Source of the DNA: an uncultured Lachnospiraceae bacterium
GTDB lineage: Bacteria > Bacillota > Clostridia > Lachnospirales > Lachnospiraceae
NCBI GenBank assembly: GCA_964402925.1
Contig: CAYOED010000006.1
Location: 1,953 to 65,952, forward strand
Direction of reading: 5' to 3'
DNA length: 64,000 nt
Under the pieces are notes generated by a model. The model did no database searches, had not been told where the DNA came from, and saw only the letters and a list, made by a program, of their open reading frames with translations. Positions 28,286 to 38,238 of the stretch are shown here, in pieces. Numbering within the stretch: the first letter of the stretch is position 1; each line of letters begins with the position of its first letter. The translations under genes and the position numbers were made by a program.

Positions 28286-29085
28286 AGCAATATCTTTCCA
28301 AATACCACGCAAAGTGCCAGATAACATACCACCGCACCATACGCGAGCCAGTCTCTTTTTTTATAAACCAGCGGTTTCATCTTCGTGCGGTGTTCCCCGC
28401 CTCTATAGCACCTTGCCTCCATTGCCATCGCCAAATCGTTGGCGCGTCTAAAGGCGGATATAAATAACGGCACCAATAAGGGCACCAGACTTTTTGCCTT
28501 CTTAATCAGATTCCCGCTCTCAAAATCAGCGCCTCTGGCAATCTGCGCTTTCATGATTTTATCTGTTTCTTCCAGCAAAATAGGAATAAAGCGCAGTGCA
28601 ATGGACATCATCATGGAAATCTCATGTACCGGAACCTTAAGCTTTTTCAAAGGGCCAAGCAGACTTTCCATGCCATCCGTCAGATTATTGGGGGTGGTTG
28701 TCAGAGTCATCACAGACGAACCCATAATCAGAAAGACAAGGCGGATTGCCATAAATGCCGCCAGCCTGATTCCCTCCCAGGTAATCCGTAACTTCCAAAA
28801 CGCCACTGCAGTTTCTCCCGGCGTTAAGAATAAGTTAAATACTACCGCTATGATCAGCAGGAATATGATCGATTTCATTCCTCTGACCATGAACTTAACC
28901 GGCACCTTTGACAATTTGATAATCAATGCCAGAAAAAGCCCGGCTATAATATATCCAATAAAATTATCTACGATAAAGAGGGAAATAATATAGAAGATGG
29001 TAGTCACCAGCTTGACTCTTGGGTCCAGTCTGTGTATGAGCGAATCTGTCTGATAATATTGTCCCAGTGTAATATCTCTTAACAT
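28282..29085 (-). CDS. ecfT: energy-coupling factor transporter transmembrane protein EcfT
   Basis: Polytopic 267-aa protein with the conserved ARG / RRA coupling helices (IARGADFE, FRRANDL). It follows the two ecfA genes. Confidence 0.9.
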   Translation of the reverse strand: MLRDITLGQYYQTDSLIHRLDPRVKLVTTIFYIISLFIVDNFIGYIIAGLFLALIIKLSKVPVKFMVRGMKSIIFLLIIAVVFNLFLTPGETAVAFWKLRITWEGIRLAAFMAIRLVFLIMGSSVMTLTTTPNNLTDGMESLLGPLKKLKVPVHEISMMMSIALRFIPILLEETDKIMKAQIARGADFESGNLIKKAKSLVPLLVPLFISAFRRANDLAMAMEARCYRGGEHRTKMKPLVYKKRDWLAYGAVVCYLALCVVFGKILL

Positions 29086-29162
29086 GTTTCCTCACTTCTT
29101 TACTGTTTAATAACTACTACCTGATTTTTACACACCAGCATTTAAGATTTTCTATTCCGGTT

Positions 29163-30011
29163 CTATCGATTCAGTGCACGCAGGATTGCCGTCTTCGCTT
29201 CCTCAATCGTGGTGATATCCGTGTCCACATTCAACCCGCTTTTTTTAAGCGCCTGCATGATATAAGTTACCTGCGGCGCTGCCAGACCAACTTCTTCCAG
29301 TTCTTTATAGTGACGGAACACCTCTTTCGGTTCATTGTCAAACATGACCTGTCCCTTATTCATTACAATGATTCTGTCCACATACTTTGCCACATCTTCC
29401 ATGCTGTGTGAAACCAGAATAACGGTCATCCCTGTCTCTTCCCGAAGCTTTGCAATCTGATCTAAAATCTCATCCCGCCCTTTGGGATCAAGACCTGCTG
29501 TGGGCTCATCTAAAATCAGCACTTCCGGCTTCATGGCAAGCACGCCTGCAATCGCTACTCTCCGCTTTTGTCCTCCGGAAAGGTCAAAGGGAGATTGATA
29601 AAAATATTCATCCGCAAGACCGACCTGCTTTAATGCTGCGTATGCCCGCAGTTCTGTTTCCTTCTTGTCCAGTCCCAGGTTTTTCGGACCAAAACACACA
29701 TCCGAAAACACATCGATCTCAAACAGCTGATGTTCCGGATATTGAAAAACAAGTCCCACCTTGCTGCGCAGTTCTTTCCTATTATAATCGCTGTCGTGAA
29801 TATCAGCGCCATTATAATACACATTTCCGCTTGAAGGCGCCAGCAATCCATTCAGGTGCTGTACCAATGTCGATTTGCCGGAACCGGTATGTCCAATCAG
29901 TCCAATAAACTGTCCGTCAGGTATGCTGAGATTGACATCCTTAAGCGCCGCATGTTCCATGGCGGTTCCCGCTTCATATATATAATTCACATGATCCAAA
30001 ATAATAGACAT
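29163..30011 (-). CDS. ecfA2: ECF transporter ATPase EcfA2
   Basis: Walker A GHTGSGKST, LSGGQKRRVAIA, ILDEPTAGLD. Second ATPase of the conserved pair. Confidence 0.9.
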   Translation of the reverse strand: MSIILDHVNYIYEAGTAMEHAALKDVNLSIPDGQFIGLIGHTGSGKSTLVQHLNGLLAPSSGNVYYNGADIHDSDYNRKELRSKVGLVFQYPEHQLFEIDVFSDVCFGPKNLGLDKKETELRAYAALKQVGLADEYFYQSPFDLSGGQKRRVAIAGVLAMKPEVLILDEPTAGLDPKGRDEILDQIAKLREETGMTVILVSHSMEDVAKYVDRIIVMNKGQVMFDNEPKEVFRHYKELEEVGLAAPQVTYIMQALKKSGLNVDTDITTIEEAKTAILRALNR

Positions 30012-30050
30012 TTTTCCTCATTCCCTATATCATGTATTCACAGCATTCTG

Positions 30051-30914
30051 TTATTTCGTCCGCTGTCTGTCAAGCCCTAATGCAGCCACAAGTTCCTCAC
30101 AGGTCAGAATCCCCTTTGGAATGGCAACACCGCTTTTGCGCAGTTCATGGGCAAGCAGTGTGACCTGCGGAACGTCCAGCCGCAGCGATTTCAATTTCTC
30201 CACCTGACTGAATATTTCTCTGGGGGTTCCCTCCATGGCAACCTTCCCCTTGTCCATGACAAAAACCTTGTTTGCATGAATGATTTCTTCCATATAATGT
30301 GTAATTAAAATCACCGTGATTTCTTCCACATCATTCAAGGCTCTTGCTGCACGGATGACCTCTTTTCGCCCATTAGGATCCAGCATTGCCGTAGGTTCGT
30401 CCAGCACAATACATTTGGGATGCATGGCAATAACACCTGCAATAGAAACTCTCTGCTTTTGCCCGCCGGAGAGCTTATTGGGCGAATGCTTACGGAACTC
30501 GTACATCCCCACTGCCTTGAGACTTTCCTTCACCCTCTCCCAGATTTCCTCCGTGGGGACGCCAAGATTCTCCGGTCCAAACCCAACATCTTCCTCCACC
30601 ACCTGCCCTATGATCTGATTGTCAGGATTTTGGAATACCATACCGGCCCTCTGCCTGACATCCCATAAGTTTGCCTCATCGGAAGTGTCCTTTCCATCTA
30701 CCCACACAGTGCCTTCTGTTGGATAAAGAATCGCATTGATATGCTTGGCGAGGGTCGATTTCCCGGAACCGTTATGCCCCAGGATTGCAACGAAGTCCCC
30801 CTGCTTTACATCAAGGGTCACCTCATCCACCGCGCGGGTAATTCCTTCCACGTTGCCCTCTTCATCTCGTCTTATATATTCAAATACCAAATCCTTGGTT
30901 TCTATGATTCCCAT
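30051..30914 (-). CDS. ecfA1: ECF transporter ATPase EcfA1
   Basis: Walker [32 protein letters not shown]. Confidence 0.9.
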   Translation of the reverse strand: MGIIETKDLVFEYIRRDEEGNVEGITRAVDEVTLDVKQGDFVAILGHNGSGKSTLAKHINAILYPTEGTVWVDGKDTSDEANLWDVRQRAGMVFQNPDNQIIGQVVEEDVGFGPENLGVPTEEIWERVKESLKAVGMYEFRKHSPNKLSGGQKQRVSIAGVIAMHPKCIVLDEPTAMLDPNGRKEVIRAARALNDVEEITVILITHYMEEIIHANKVFVMDKGKVAMEGTPREIFSQVEKLKSLRLDVPQVTLLAHELRKSGVAIPKGILTCEELVAALGLDRQRTK

Positions 30915-31059
30915 ACTATTTCCTTTTTTATCCCTTTTACAGATTCTAAGACCCGTCCTATATTTTACAAGATATTGTTTTCATTTGCAATAGATTGTGT
31001 TTTATCGTATGATAAATAATAGTAGTTAAGATTATTTTTCATATGTTGACCAGAGTGAC

Positions 31060-31197
31060 GCTCTGAGAGGATAAATAATCCAACGTCGCCGCGCTCCCGC
31101 TCTACAAAAACACAGCAGACACTAGGCTCGTGAGAAACCTCGCCAAGTGCTGGTGTTTTTGTAAGGGCTCCTTATGGATTATTTATCCTCTCAGAGC
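31060..31197. repeat. 138-bp nested-hairpin element, family B copy 1
   Basis: Perfect 22-bp outer stem 31060-31081 / 31176-31197. Inner stem 31103-31118 / 31149-31163. Confidence 0.85.
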
Positions 31198-31264
31198 TGT
31201 GCATTGGCTACCTAGTGAAAAATAGCGAGCATTACGTTATTTTGCAGGCTAACCGATAACGTAG

Positions 31265-31398
31265 CACAGGACAGGTAAATATACCATAAGGAGTCCCTAT
31301 AAAAACGTCAGTGCTTAGCGAAGTCTTTTTGAGCTTAGCACTGCTACGTTTTTATGGAGCGGGAGCGCGACGACGTTGGTATATTTACCTGCCCTGTG
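31265..31398. repeat. 134-bp nested-hairpin element, family B copy 2 (inverted relative to copy 1)
   Basis: 22-bp outer stem 31265-31286 / 31377-31398 with one mismatch. It shares the unpaired segments AACGTCG(C/T)CGCGCTCCCGCTC and AGGG(C/A)TCCTTA with copy 1. Confidence 0.85.
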
Positions 31399-31453
31399 CG
31401 GACTACTGTCAACTCTATGAAAATCAACCAATTAAGCATCAAAGGAGTTTATT

Positions 31454-32392
31454 ATGGATAAATGGATAAAGCCAGTACTGTTCCTGGTTTTTATGATTTT
31501 AGCTTGTTCTGTGCTTGGCAGGGTTCTTACGAGTGGTGAAACGCTTTCGGAGTATGCTGAGCAGAATCCGGAACTTGCTTATGCGGCGCCGGAACAGACT
31601 GATGGGTCTTCTGCTTCTTTGGCAGATATGCCGACAGCGTCCCCGCAGCCGGCGCCTTCGCCAACGCCTTCCGCTATACCTGTTCCTGAATTTTCACCAT
31701 TAGCGGAAGAGTCGGATGAAAGTGTTCATTACGAGGAGGGATTTTTTTATCAGCCTTTGACGGATGTCGTCACAGCACGGATTACCGGACTCTCTTATCC
31801 AGTTTCTGATGCGATTGCGCCTGCATTGTCACTGCAGGCAACCAATGTGGTTCCTGATGGTACTGCTCTGGCAGTGTCTTATGATGATTTGCGTTACTTA
31901 AATGTACTGTACTATGATTTCGATGGAACTGTACAGGTTGGTGAAATGATCTGTAATAAGGGAATTGCTCAGGATCTGGTGGAAATCTTTTATGAACTCT
32001 ATTTGAATGAGTATCAGATTGAAAAGATAAGGCTGGTTGATGAGTACGGAGGCGATGACACGGCTTCTATGCTGGATAATAATACCTCCTGCTTTAATTA
32101 CCGGGTGGTTGACGGCACCGACAGTCTGTCAAAGCATGCGCTTGGCTGTGCCATTGATATAAATCCTTTTTATAACCCTTATATTGTCTTTAACAAAGAC
32201 GGAAGCGGTGAAACTTACATCTCACCAAAAGGCAGTGAAATCTATGCTGACCGCTCCAAGGATTTTCCTTATAAAATCGACGAATCCGATCTTTGTTACC
32301 AATTATTTAAAGAACACGGCTTTACCTGGGGAGGAAACTGGAATTCCTGCAAGGATTACCAGCACTTCCAGAAAGTCGTAAATATTGCATAA
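31454..32392 (+). CDS. M15 family metallopeptidase (D-Ala-D-Ala carboxypeptidase-like), membrane anchored
   Basis: N-terminal TM helix and Pro/Ser-rich linker. C-terminal HALGCAIDINP and GFTWGGNW...DYQHF zinc-site motifs of peptidase M15. Confidence 0.8.
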   Translation: MDKWIKPVLFLVFMILACSVLGRVLTSGETLSEYAEQNPELAYAAPEQTDGSSASLADMPTASPQPAPSPTPSAIPVPEFSPLAEESDESVHYEEGFFYQPLTDVVTARITGLSYPVSDAIAPALSLQATNVVPDGTALAVSYDDLRYLNVLYYDFDGTVQVGEMICNKGIAQDLVEIFYELYLNEYQIEKIRLVDEYGGDDTASMLDNNTSCFNYRVVDGTDSLSKHALGCAIDINPFYNPYIVFNKDGSGETYISPKGSEIYADRSKDFPYKIDESDLCYQLFKEHGFTWGGNWNSCKDYQHFQKVVNIA

Positions 32393-32422
32393 AAAACCCC
32401 GCATTCTCATGCGGGGTTCCTA
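32391..32422. terminator. bidirectional intrinsic terminator (end of alpha operon / end of M15 gene)
   Basis: Stem CCCCGCAT 32397-32404 / ATGCGGGG 32409-32416, loop TCTC. A6 on the left (T6 on the minus strand) and a T-rich tract on the right. Confidence 0.8.
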
Positions 32423-32432
32423 TCTTTATTGA

Positions 32433-32969
32433 TTAAACTAACTCAAGCACTACTTCCATAGCGCCGTCGCCCTTACGCTGACCAATCTTGATGATTCTTG
32501 TGTAACCACCGTTACGGCTTGCATATTTAGGACCATATTCATCAAATAATTTGGCAACAAGGTCTACTTCCTTTGTGCCTTTCTTTCTTCCTGCTCTTGT
32601 TGCAGGAACTTCTGTCACAGGATATAAAACCTTAAGCATCTGATGTCTTGCGTGCAGTCTGGAAGGAAGATCCTTCTTGATTTCCTTATCAACTGTCTCA
32701 AATTTGGTGACTTTCTTTCCGTCAACCACTTCTTTTACTCTCTTTCCGTCTTTGTCCTTTACAGGAACCTTGGCGGAAACGGTAACTGTCTCGTAATTGT
32801 CTTTTTCTTTAACAGCAAGTGCGATAAGTCCGTCAACGATCTTCTGAACTTCCTTTGCTCTCGCCTGTGTGGTAACGATTTTGCCCTTATAAATAAGACC
32901 TGTTACCTGATTTCTAAGTAATGCTTTTCTCTGGTCTGATCTTTTTCCCAGTTTTCTGTATTTTGCCAT
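32433..32969 (-). CDS. rplQ: 50S ribosomal protein L17 (expanded, 178 aa)
   Basis: Start ATG at 32969 ([20 protein letters not shown]) after AAAGGAG. Conserved C-terminus [17 protein letters not shown]. Confidence 0.95.
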   Translation of the reverse strand: MAKYRKLGKRSDQRKALLRNQVTGLIYKGKIVTTQARAKEVQKIVDGLIALAVKEKDNYETVTVSAKVPVKDKDGKRVKEVVDGKKVTKFETVDKEIKKDLPSRLHARHQMLKVLYPVTEVPATRAGRKKGTKEVDLVAKLFDEYGPKYASRNGGYTRIIKIGQRKGDGAMEVVLELV

Positions 32970-33140
32970 CTTTTTGGCTCCTTTCTCAATGGGTCTAAAG
33001 CCCTTCATGGTACATCCGGCCACGCTCTTTGGACTTACTTACCGAATGCAGTTACATTCCATTTATGAGAACGCACCGCGAACTCTTTGGATTTACCGCT
33101 ATGCGCATCACAACACATATAAATAAAAATTAAAACAGAA

Positions 33141-34100
33141 TTAAACTTCATCGCTTGGATTAAGCTGTAATCCTAATTCTTTCAGTTTAGCTAAAACCTC
33201 TTCCAATGACTTGCGGCCTAAGTTACGAACCTTCATCATATCTTCTGAGGTCTTGTTTGTTAATTCTTCAACCGTATTGATGCCGGCTCTCTTTAAGCAG
33301 TTGTAGGAACGGACTGACAACTCTAACTCGTCAATGCTCATTTCCAGCACTTTTTCCTTTTCATCTTCTTCTTTTTCTACCATGACCTCTGCAGTCTTGG
33401 CATTTTCAGACAAGTCGATGAAAAGACCTAAATGTTCGCTGAGTACTTTTGCAGCTAAGCTGACCGCCTCATCAGGTACCAGTGTTCCGTTTGTATAAAC
33501 ATCAAGCGTCAGTTTATCGTAATCTGTAATCTGTCCGACACGTGTATTTTCAACGGTTACATTAACTCTCTCAACAGGTGTATAGATAGAATCAATTGCA
33601 ATCACGCCAATTGGAAGTTCATCGCTCTTATTCCTATCTGCGCTTACATAACCTCTTCCCTTTGTGATTGTAAGTTCCATGTACAACTTGGTATTCTTGC
33701 CGTTCAAAGTCGCAATCGTAAGTTCAGGATTGAGTATTTCAATATCCTGATCACACTGAATATCTGAAGCCTTGACTACTCCCTCCCCTTCATACTCAAT
33801 GTATGCGGTTTTGGGCTCGTTTGTATCGCTGTTGTTTCTAATTGCAAGGCTCTTGATGTTCATGATAATTTCAGTTACATCCTCCTTGACTCCTTCAATG
33901 GAACTGAACTCATGAAGCACGCCTTCAATCTTGACCTGGCTTACAGCAGCACCAGGAAGTGAAGAGAGCATAATTCTTCTAAGTGAATTACCAAGTGTGA
34001 TACCGTAACCTCTTTCCAAAGGTTCTACGACAAATCTGCCATACTTTTCATCCTCAGAGATTTCTGCTACCTCAATATTTGGTCTTTCAAAATCAAACAT
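33141..34100 (-). CDS. rpoA: DNA-directed RNA polymerase subunit alpha
   Basis: 319 aa with [20 protein letters not shown] and the C-terminal domain [15 protein letters not shown]. Confidence 0.97.
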   Translation of the reverse strand: MFDFERPNIEVAEISEDEKYGRFVVEPLERGYGITLGNSLRRIMLSSLPGAAVSQVKIEGVLHEFSSIEGVKEDVTEIIMNIKSLAIRNNSDTNEPKTAYIEYEGEGVVKASDIQCDQDIEILNPELTIATLNGKNTKLYMELTITKGRGYVSADRNKSDELPIGVIAIDSIYTPVERVNVTVENTRVGQITDYDKLTLDVYTNGTLVPDEAVSLAAKVLSEHLGLFIDLSENAKTAEVMVEKEEDEKEKVLEMSIDELELSVRSYNCLKRAGINTVEELTNKTSEDMMKVRNLGRKSLEEVLAKLKELGLQLNPSDEV

Positions 34101-34179
34101 TGCAAATACCCTCCTTTACGAACAATATAGATACGCTTAGACAGCGCATAACGCTGCCTAAAGCATCTTTTATAAGGTT

Positions 34180-34773
34180 TTATTTAGAATATAATTCGAC
34201 GATAAGCATCTCATTTACAGGAACGTCAATCATTTCTCTTGTAGGAAGGTTCTTAACAGTTCCCTTCAATGCTTCCTGGTCCACATCAATCCATTCAGGA
34301 ACCAGTCTTCCTGCTGTTACTTCAAGGATATCTTTGTATCTCTGTAAGGATTTGGATTTTTCTCTGATTTCAATAACATCCCCTGCTTTAATTAAATAAG
34401 AAGGGATATTAACCTGCTTTCCATTTACCAGTACATGCTTATGACCAACTACCTGTCTGGCCTCTCTTCTTGTTCTTGCAAATCCCATTCTGAACACTAC
34501 ACTGTCAAGTCTGCGTTCAAGCATGATCATAAGATTTTCACCAGTCATGCCTTTCATTCTGTCAGCCTTTTCGTAGTAGTTTCTGAAAGGTTTCTCAAGC
34601 ACACCGTAGATGAATTTAGCTTTCTGCTTCTCGCGGAGCTGAAGACCATATTCACTTACTTTCTTGCCTGCTCTTGCATTTGTTCTGTTAGATTTTTTGT
34701 CATATCCTAAAAATACAGGATCAAGACCAAGTGATCTACATCTCTTTAATACCGGAACTCTGTTTACTGCCAT
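34180..34773 (-). CDS. rpsD: 30S ribosomal protein S4
   Basis: Start ATG at 34773 ([16 protein letters not shown]) after AGGAGG. S4 domain [12 protein letters not shown]. Confidence 0.96.
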   Translation of the reverse strand: MAVNRVPVLKRCRSLGLDPVFLGYDKKSNRTNARAGKKVSEYGLQLREKQKAKFIYGVLEKPFRNYYEKADRMKGMTGENLMIMLERRLDSVVFRMGFARTRREARQVVGHKHVLVNGKQVNIPSYLIKAGDVIEIREKSKSLQRYKDILEVTAGRLVPEWIDVDQEALKGTVKNLPTREMIDVPVNEMLIVELYSK

Positions 34774-34845
34774 TTTTATTTTCCTCCTGTTATTGTTTAC
34801 AGCGCCCTTAGCGCCTTCTTCCAACTATTTTTATTGACTATGATA

Positions 34846-35244
34846 CTATACGCGGCGGCGCTTAGGCGGACGGCATCCATTATGAGGAACAGGTGTCACG
34901 TCTCTGATACTTGTTACTTCCAGTCCGCATGCAGAAAGCGCACGGATTGCTGCTTCACGTCCTGAACCAGGTCCCTTTACCATAACGTCAACCGTCTTTA
35001 AACCATGAATCAGAGCAGCTTTAGTAGCTGTTTCAGCTGCCATCTGCGCTGCATATGGAGTAGATTTCCTTGAACCTCTAAAGCCAAGACCACCGGCACT
35101 TGCCCAGCTAAGAGCATTACCTTCGTTGTCTGTCAATGTAACAATTGTATTGTTAAAAGAAGACTGGATATGTGCCTGTCCATGTTCAACGTTTTTCTTG
35201 ACACGTTTTTTTGTCACTTTTTTCGTAACTTTTTTTGCTGCCAT
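34846..35244 (-). CDS. rpsK: 30S ribosomal protein S11
   Basis: [18 protein letters not shown]...[15 protein letters not shown]. Confidence 0.97.
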   Translation of the reverse strand: MAAKKVTKKVTKKRVKKNVEHGQAHIQSSFNNTIVTLTDNEGNALSWASAGGLGFRGSRKSTPYAAQMAAETATKAALIHGLKTVDVMVKGPGSGREAAIRALSACGLEVTSIRDVTPVPHNGCRPPKRRRV

Positions 35245-35337
35245 TTAAACTAACCTACTTTCTTTAAAATCATTGTGAATTGTTTCAAAACTACCTGTTT
35301 GTGACATCCGCACAAACCGAACCTCTCGCTACATAAA

Positions 35338-35706
35338 TTATTTCTTCTTATTAGCAACTGTTCTCTTAGGTCCTTTTCTTGTTCTTGCGTTTGTCTTTGT
35401 CTTCTGTCCACGTACAGGAAGACCTTTCCTGTGACGGATACCTCTGTAGCATCCAATTTCCTGAAGTCTCTTAATGTTCATGGCAACTTCTCTTCTCAAG
35501 TCACCTTCAACCATGTAACCAGCATCAATCACTTCACTGATTCTCTTAACTTCATCATCCGTCAGCTCTCTGACACGAGTATCAGGATTAACCTTTGCCT
35601 GTTCCAGAATCTTGTTAGAACTTGCTCTTCCAATTCCATAAACATAAGTCAATCCAATTTCTACACGTTTTTCTCTGGGTAAGTCAACACCTGCAATACG
35701 AGCCAT
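35338..35706 (-). CDS. rpsM: 30S ribosomal protein S13
   Basis: [26 protein letters not shown]. Confidence 0.97.
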   Translation of the reverse strand: MARIAGVDLPREKRVEIGLTYVYGIGRASSNKILEQAKVNPDTRVRELTDDEVKRISEVIDAGYMVEGDLRREVAMNIKRLQEIGCYRGIRHRKGLPVRGQKTKTNARTRKGPKRTVANKKK

Positions 35707-35969
35707 TTACATTTCCTCCATTTTCTTTTGCGCATTCGCCATGCGCTGATACTAATTGATTGGGGCACTTTTAACCCAATCGGATTTCACCGATCTTACG
35801 CGAATACATTGCCTGCAGACTTTCTGCACGCAAAATTCATCACGAACCAAGAAGTAATCACTAAGGCTCCTTTGTACAATTATATAAATCAGTACAGCTT
35901 CGTTTCATGCTGCACTGCAGCCGCTTCATGATAATTGGACAAGAACCCTCCTGTTTTTAAAACAGCGGA

Positions 35970-36083
35970 TTATCCTTGTCTCTGTTTGTGCTTCGGATTC
36001 TCACAGATTACTCTGATACGTCCTTTTCTCTTGATGATTTTGCACTTTTCGCAAATCGGTTTTACTGATGATCTAACCTTCAT
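35970..36083 (-). CDS. rpmJ: 50S ribosomal protein L36
   Basis: Not in the ORF track because it is only 37 aa. My translation is [37 protein letters not shown], 6 nt after GGAGGG. Confidence 0.93.
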   Translation of the reverse strand: MKVRSSVKPICEKCKIIKRKGRIRVICENPKHKQRQG

Positions 36084-36152
36084 GTTAAACCCTCCTTTCA
36101 AAAAAGACCGTTTTACATTATAGCATGATATATTTCCAAATGCAAGCACTTT

Positions 36153-36371
36153 CTATTTATCTCTCCAAATAATACGTCCTTTGCTGAGATCATAGGGGGA
36201 TAATTCCAAAGTAACTTTATCTCCGGGAAGAATACGGATAAAATTCTGTCTTAACTTTCCGCTAATATGCGCCAATACCCGGTGTCCATTTTCAAGTTCT
36301 ACCTGGAACATGGTGTTGGGGAGTTTCTCTACTACAGTTCCTTCAATCTCAATTACATCAGCTTTTGACAT
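36153..36371 (-). CDS. infA: translation initiation factor IF-1
   Basis: [30 protein letters not shown]... Confidence 0.97.
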   Translation of the reverse strand: MSKADVIEIEGTVVEKLPNTMFQVELENGHRVLAHISGKLRQNFIRILPGDKVTLELSPYDLSKGRIIWRDK

Positions 36372-36401
36372 GCGTTACCTCCTTAACATACAGGTATCTT
36401 A

Positions 36402-36671
36402 CTATTTTTGATACCCTTCCTTCATTCTTACTTTAATAGCATACTTGATTTCTTCATTATATATGATATTATGATTTTTTATTTTTTCCAGCAAAACCTC
36501 ATCAAGGCCTGTCTTTACCAGCTGCAGATGTTTTTTCCGCTTCTTCTTGGGATGATCCAGTTTTCTGATATCCCCGTCCACCAGATAGGCAAAATCCCTA
36601 TCCTCACGAATAATGATATACATCTGCCCTTTATCGTGTCCTGCCTTGGATATGGCAAACATTCCTGTCAT
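36402..36671 (-). CDS. KOW-domain small RNA-binding protein
   Basis: MTGMFAISKAGHDKGQMYIII... from the ATG at 36671, 5 nt after GGAGG. It sits between map and infA. The track start at 36785 overlaps map. Confidence 0.6.
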   Translation of the reverse strand: MTGMFAISKAGHDKGQMYIIIREDRDFAYLVDGDIRKLDHPKKKRKKHLQLVKTGLDEVLLEKIKNHNIIYNEEIKYAIKVRMKEGYQK

Positions 36672-36696
36672 ACTTTCCTCCATTTTGCAGCAGACT

Positions 36697-37461
36697 TTAG
36701 GCTCCTTCCGGCAAAAGCGTAAGGATTTCCGGCTCTCCATCCGTGATGAGCACCGTATTTTCATAATGTGCCGAAAGGGATCCATCCTCCGTTACAACCG
36801 TCCAGTCATCATCCAGCCATTCCACGTAACAACTGCCCATATTGATCATCGGCTCTATCGCCAATGTCATCCCGGCACGAAGCTTAATTCCTCTGCGCCA
36901 CTGTCTGAAGTTGGGTATCTGGGGTTCTTCATGAAGACTTGTGCCGATTCCATGTCCCACCAGATCCCTTACGATTCCATAACCGAACCTACTGCAATAC
37001 GCGTCAATGGCATTTGATATATCGTGCAGATGACAGCCTGCTCTGGCATATTTGATTCCTTCAAAAAAACTCTGTCTGGTAACCTCAATCAGTTTTGCTG
37101 CCTGTGCACTCACCTTTCCTACCGGATAGGTACGTGCCGCATCAGAATGATACCCTTTATAGATAAGTCCCGCATCCAGACTGACGATGTCGCCTTCCAT
37201 AAGGATTCTCTCTTTGGATGGAATGCCATGAACCACTTCGTCATTCACAGAAACACATATGGATGCCGGATAGCCATTATAGTTCAGGAAATTAGGTACG
37301 CATCCATAGCTGCGGATCAGTTTTTCCCCTAAAGCGTCAATTTCCCAAGTGGATATTCCCGGTTTTATTGCTTCTCCAAGTTCTGCGTGGACCTTAGCAA
37401 GAATTCTGCAAGATTCACGCATAAGCTCAATTTCTCTTTCCGATTTAATCGTTACAGCCAT
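36697..37461 (-). CDS. map: type I methionine aminopeptidase
   Basis: 254 aa with metal ligands in VVHGIP, DIVSLDAG, GHGIG, EPMI. Confidence 0.95.
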   Translation of the reverse strand: MAVTIKSEREIELMRESCRILAKVHAELGEAIKPGISTWEIDALGEKLIRSYGCVPNFLNYNGYPASICVSVNDEVVHGIPSKERILMEGDIVSLDAGLIYKGYHSDAARTYPVGKVSAQAAKLIEVTRQSFFEGIKYARAGCHLHDISNAIDAYCSRFGYGIVRDLVGHGIGTSLHEEPQIPNFRQWRRGIKLRAGMTLAIEPMINMGSCYVEWLDDDWTVVTEDGSLSAHYENTVLITDGEPEILTLLPEGA

Positions 37462-37477
37462 TTGAGATCCTTGCCTT

Positions 37478-38119
37478 TCAACCTAAAATAGACTCGATTG
37501 CTGAAAATACATCTTTCATGTCTACCGTTCCGTCTACGGTCTTTAAAATGCCCTTGGCACTGTAAAATTCAATCAATGGCTGGGTCTGCTTGTGATATAC
37601 ATCCAGGCGGTTTCCAACTGTTTCCGGCTTATCATCATCACGAAGAACCAGTTCCTTTCCGCAAGTATCACAGATACCTTCTTTTTTCGGCGGAATATGT
37701 TCTATATGATAAGTAGCGCCGCAGCTTAAGCAGGCACGTCTGCCACCCATTCTTCTGATAATGTTTTCATCCGGCACGTCTACATTGATTGCATAATCAA
37801 TTTTATCATTTATCTCAGATAGCGCCTTGTCAAGAACCTGCGCCTGAGGAATCGTTCTTGGAAATCCGTCCAGCACATATCCATTCTTACAGTCATCCTG
37901 TGCGACTCTGTCAAGAAGAATCTTCACAGTCAACTCATCAGGTACCAAAAGTCCCTGATCCATGTACTTTTTTGCCTCCATTCCAAGTTCAGTACCGTTT
38001 TTGATATTGGCTCTGAAAATATCGCCTGTGGAAATATGAGGAACATTATATTTATCCGCAATCATTTTTGCCTGTGTGCCTTTGCCTGCACCAGGCGCAC
38101 CTAACATAATTATTTTCAT
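37478..38119 (-). CDS. adk: adenylate kinase
   Basis: Start ATG at 38119 (MKIIMLGAPGAGKGTQ). Zn lid CxxC...CDTC. Confidence 0.96.
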   Translation of the reverse strand: MKIIMLGAPGAGKGTQAKMIADKYNVPHISTGDIFRANIKNGTELGMEAKKYMDQGLLVPDELTVKILLDRVAQDDCKNGYVLDGFPRTIPQAQVLDKALSEINDKIDYAINVDVPDENIIRRMGGRRACLSCGATYHIEHIPPKKEGICDTCGKELVLRDDDKPETVGNRLDVYHKQTQPLIEFYSAKGILKTVDGTVDMKDVFSAIESILG

Positions 38120-38238
38120 TATTATACGATAACCTTTCACAATTTTCTCTCATGCTAATATAGAGGCAAAAGAAAAGCTGTGCTTTACGCGTCCAAACTT
38201 TTCTTTAACCTCTAATTTATTTAATACCAAATGACTCT

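Noticed and set aside
35250-35456. 68-aa minus-strand ORF overlapping rpsM, and the 65-aa ORF 41138-41335 overlapping rplF
   Set aside because: These are out-of-frame overlaps inside highly conserved ribosomal protein genes, with no independent signals.
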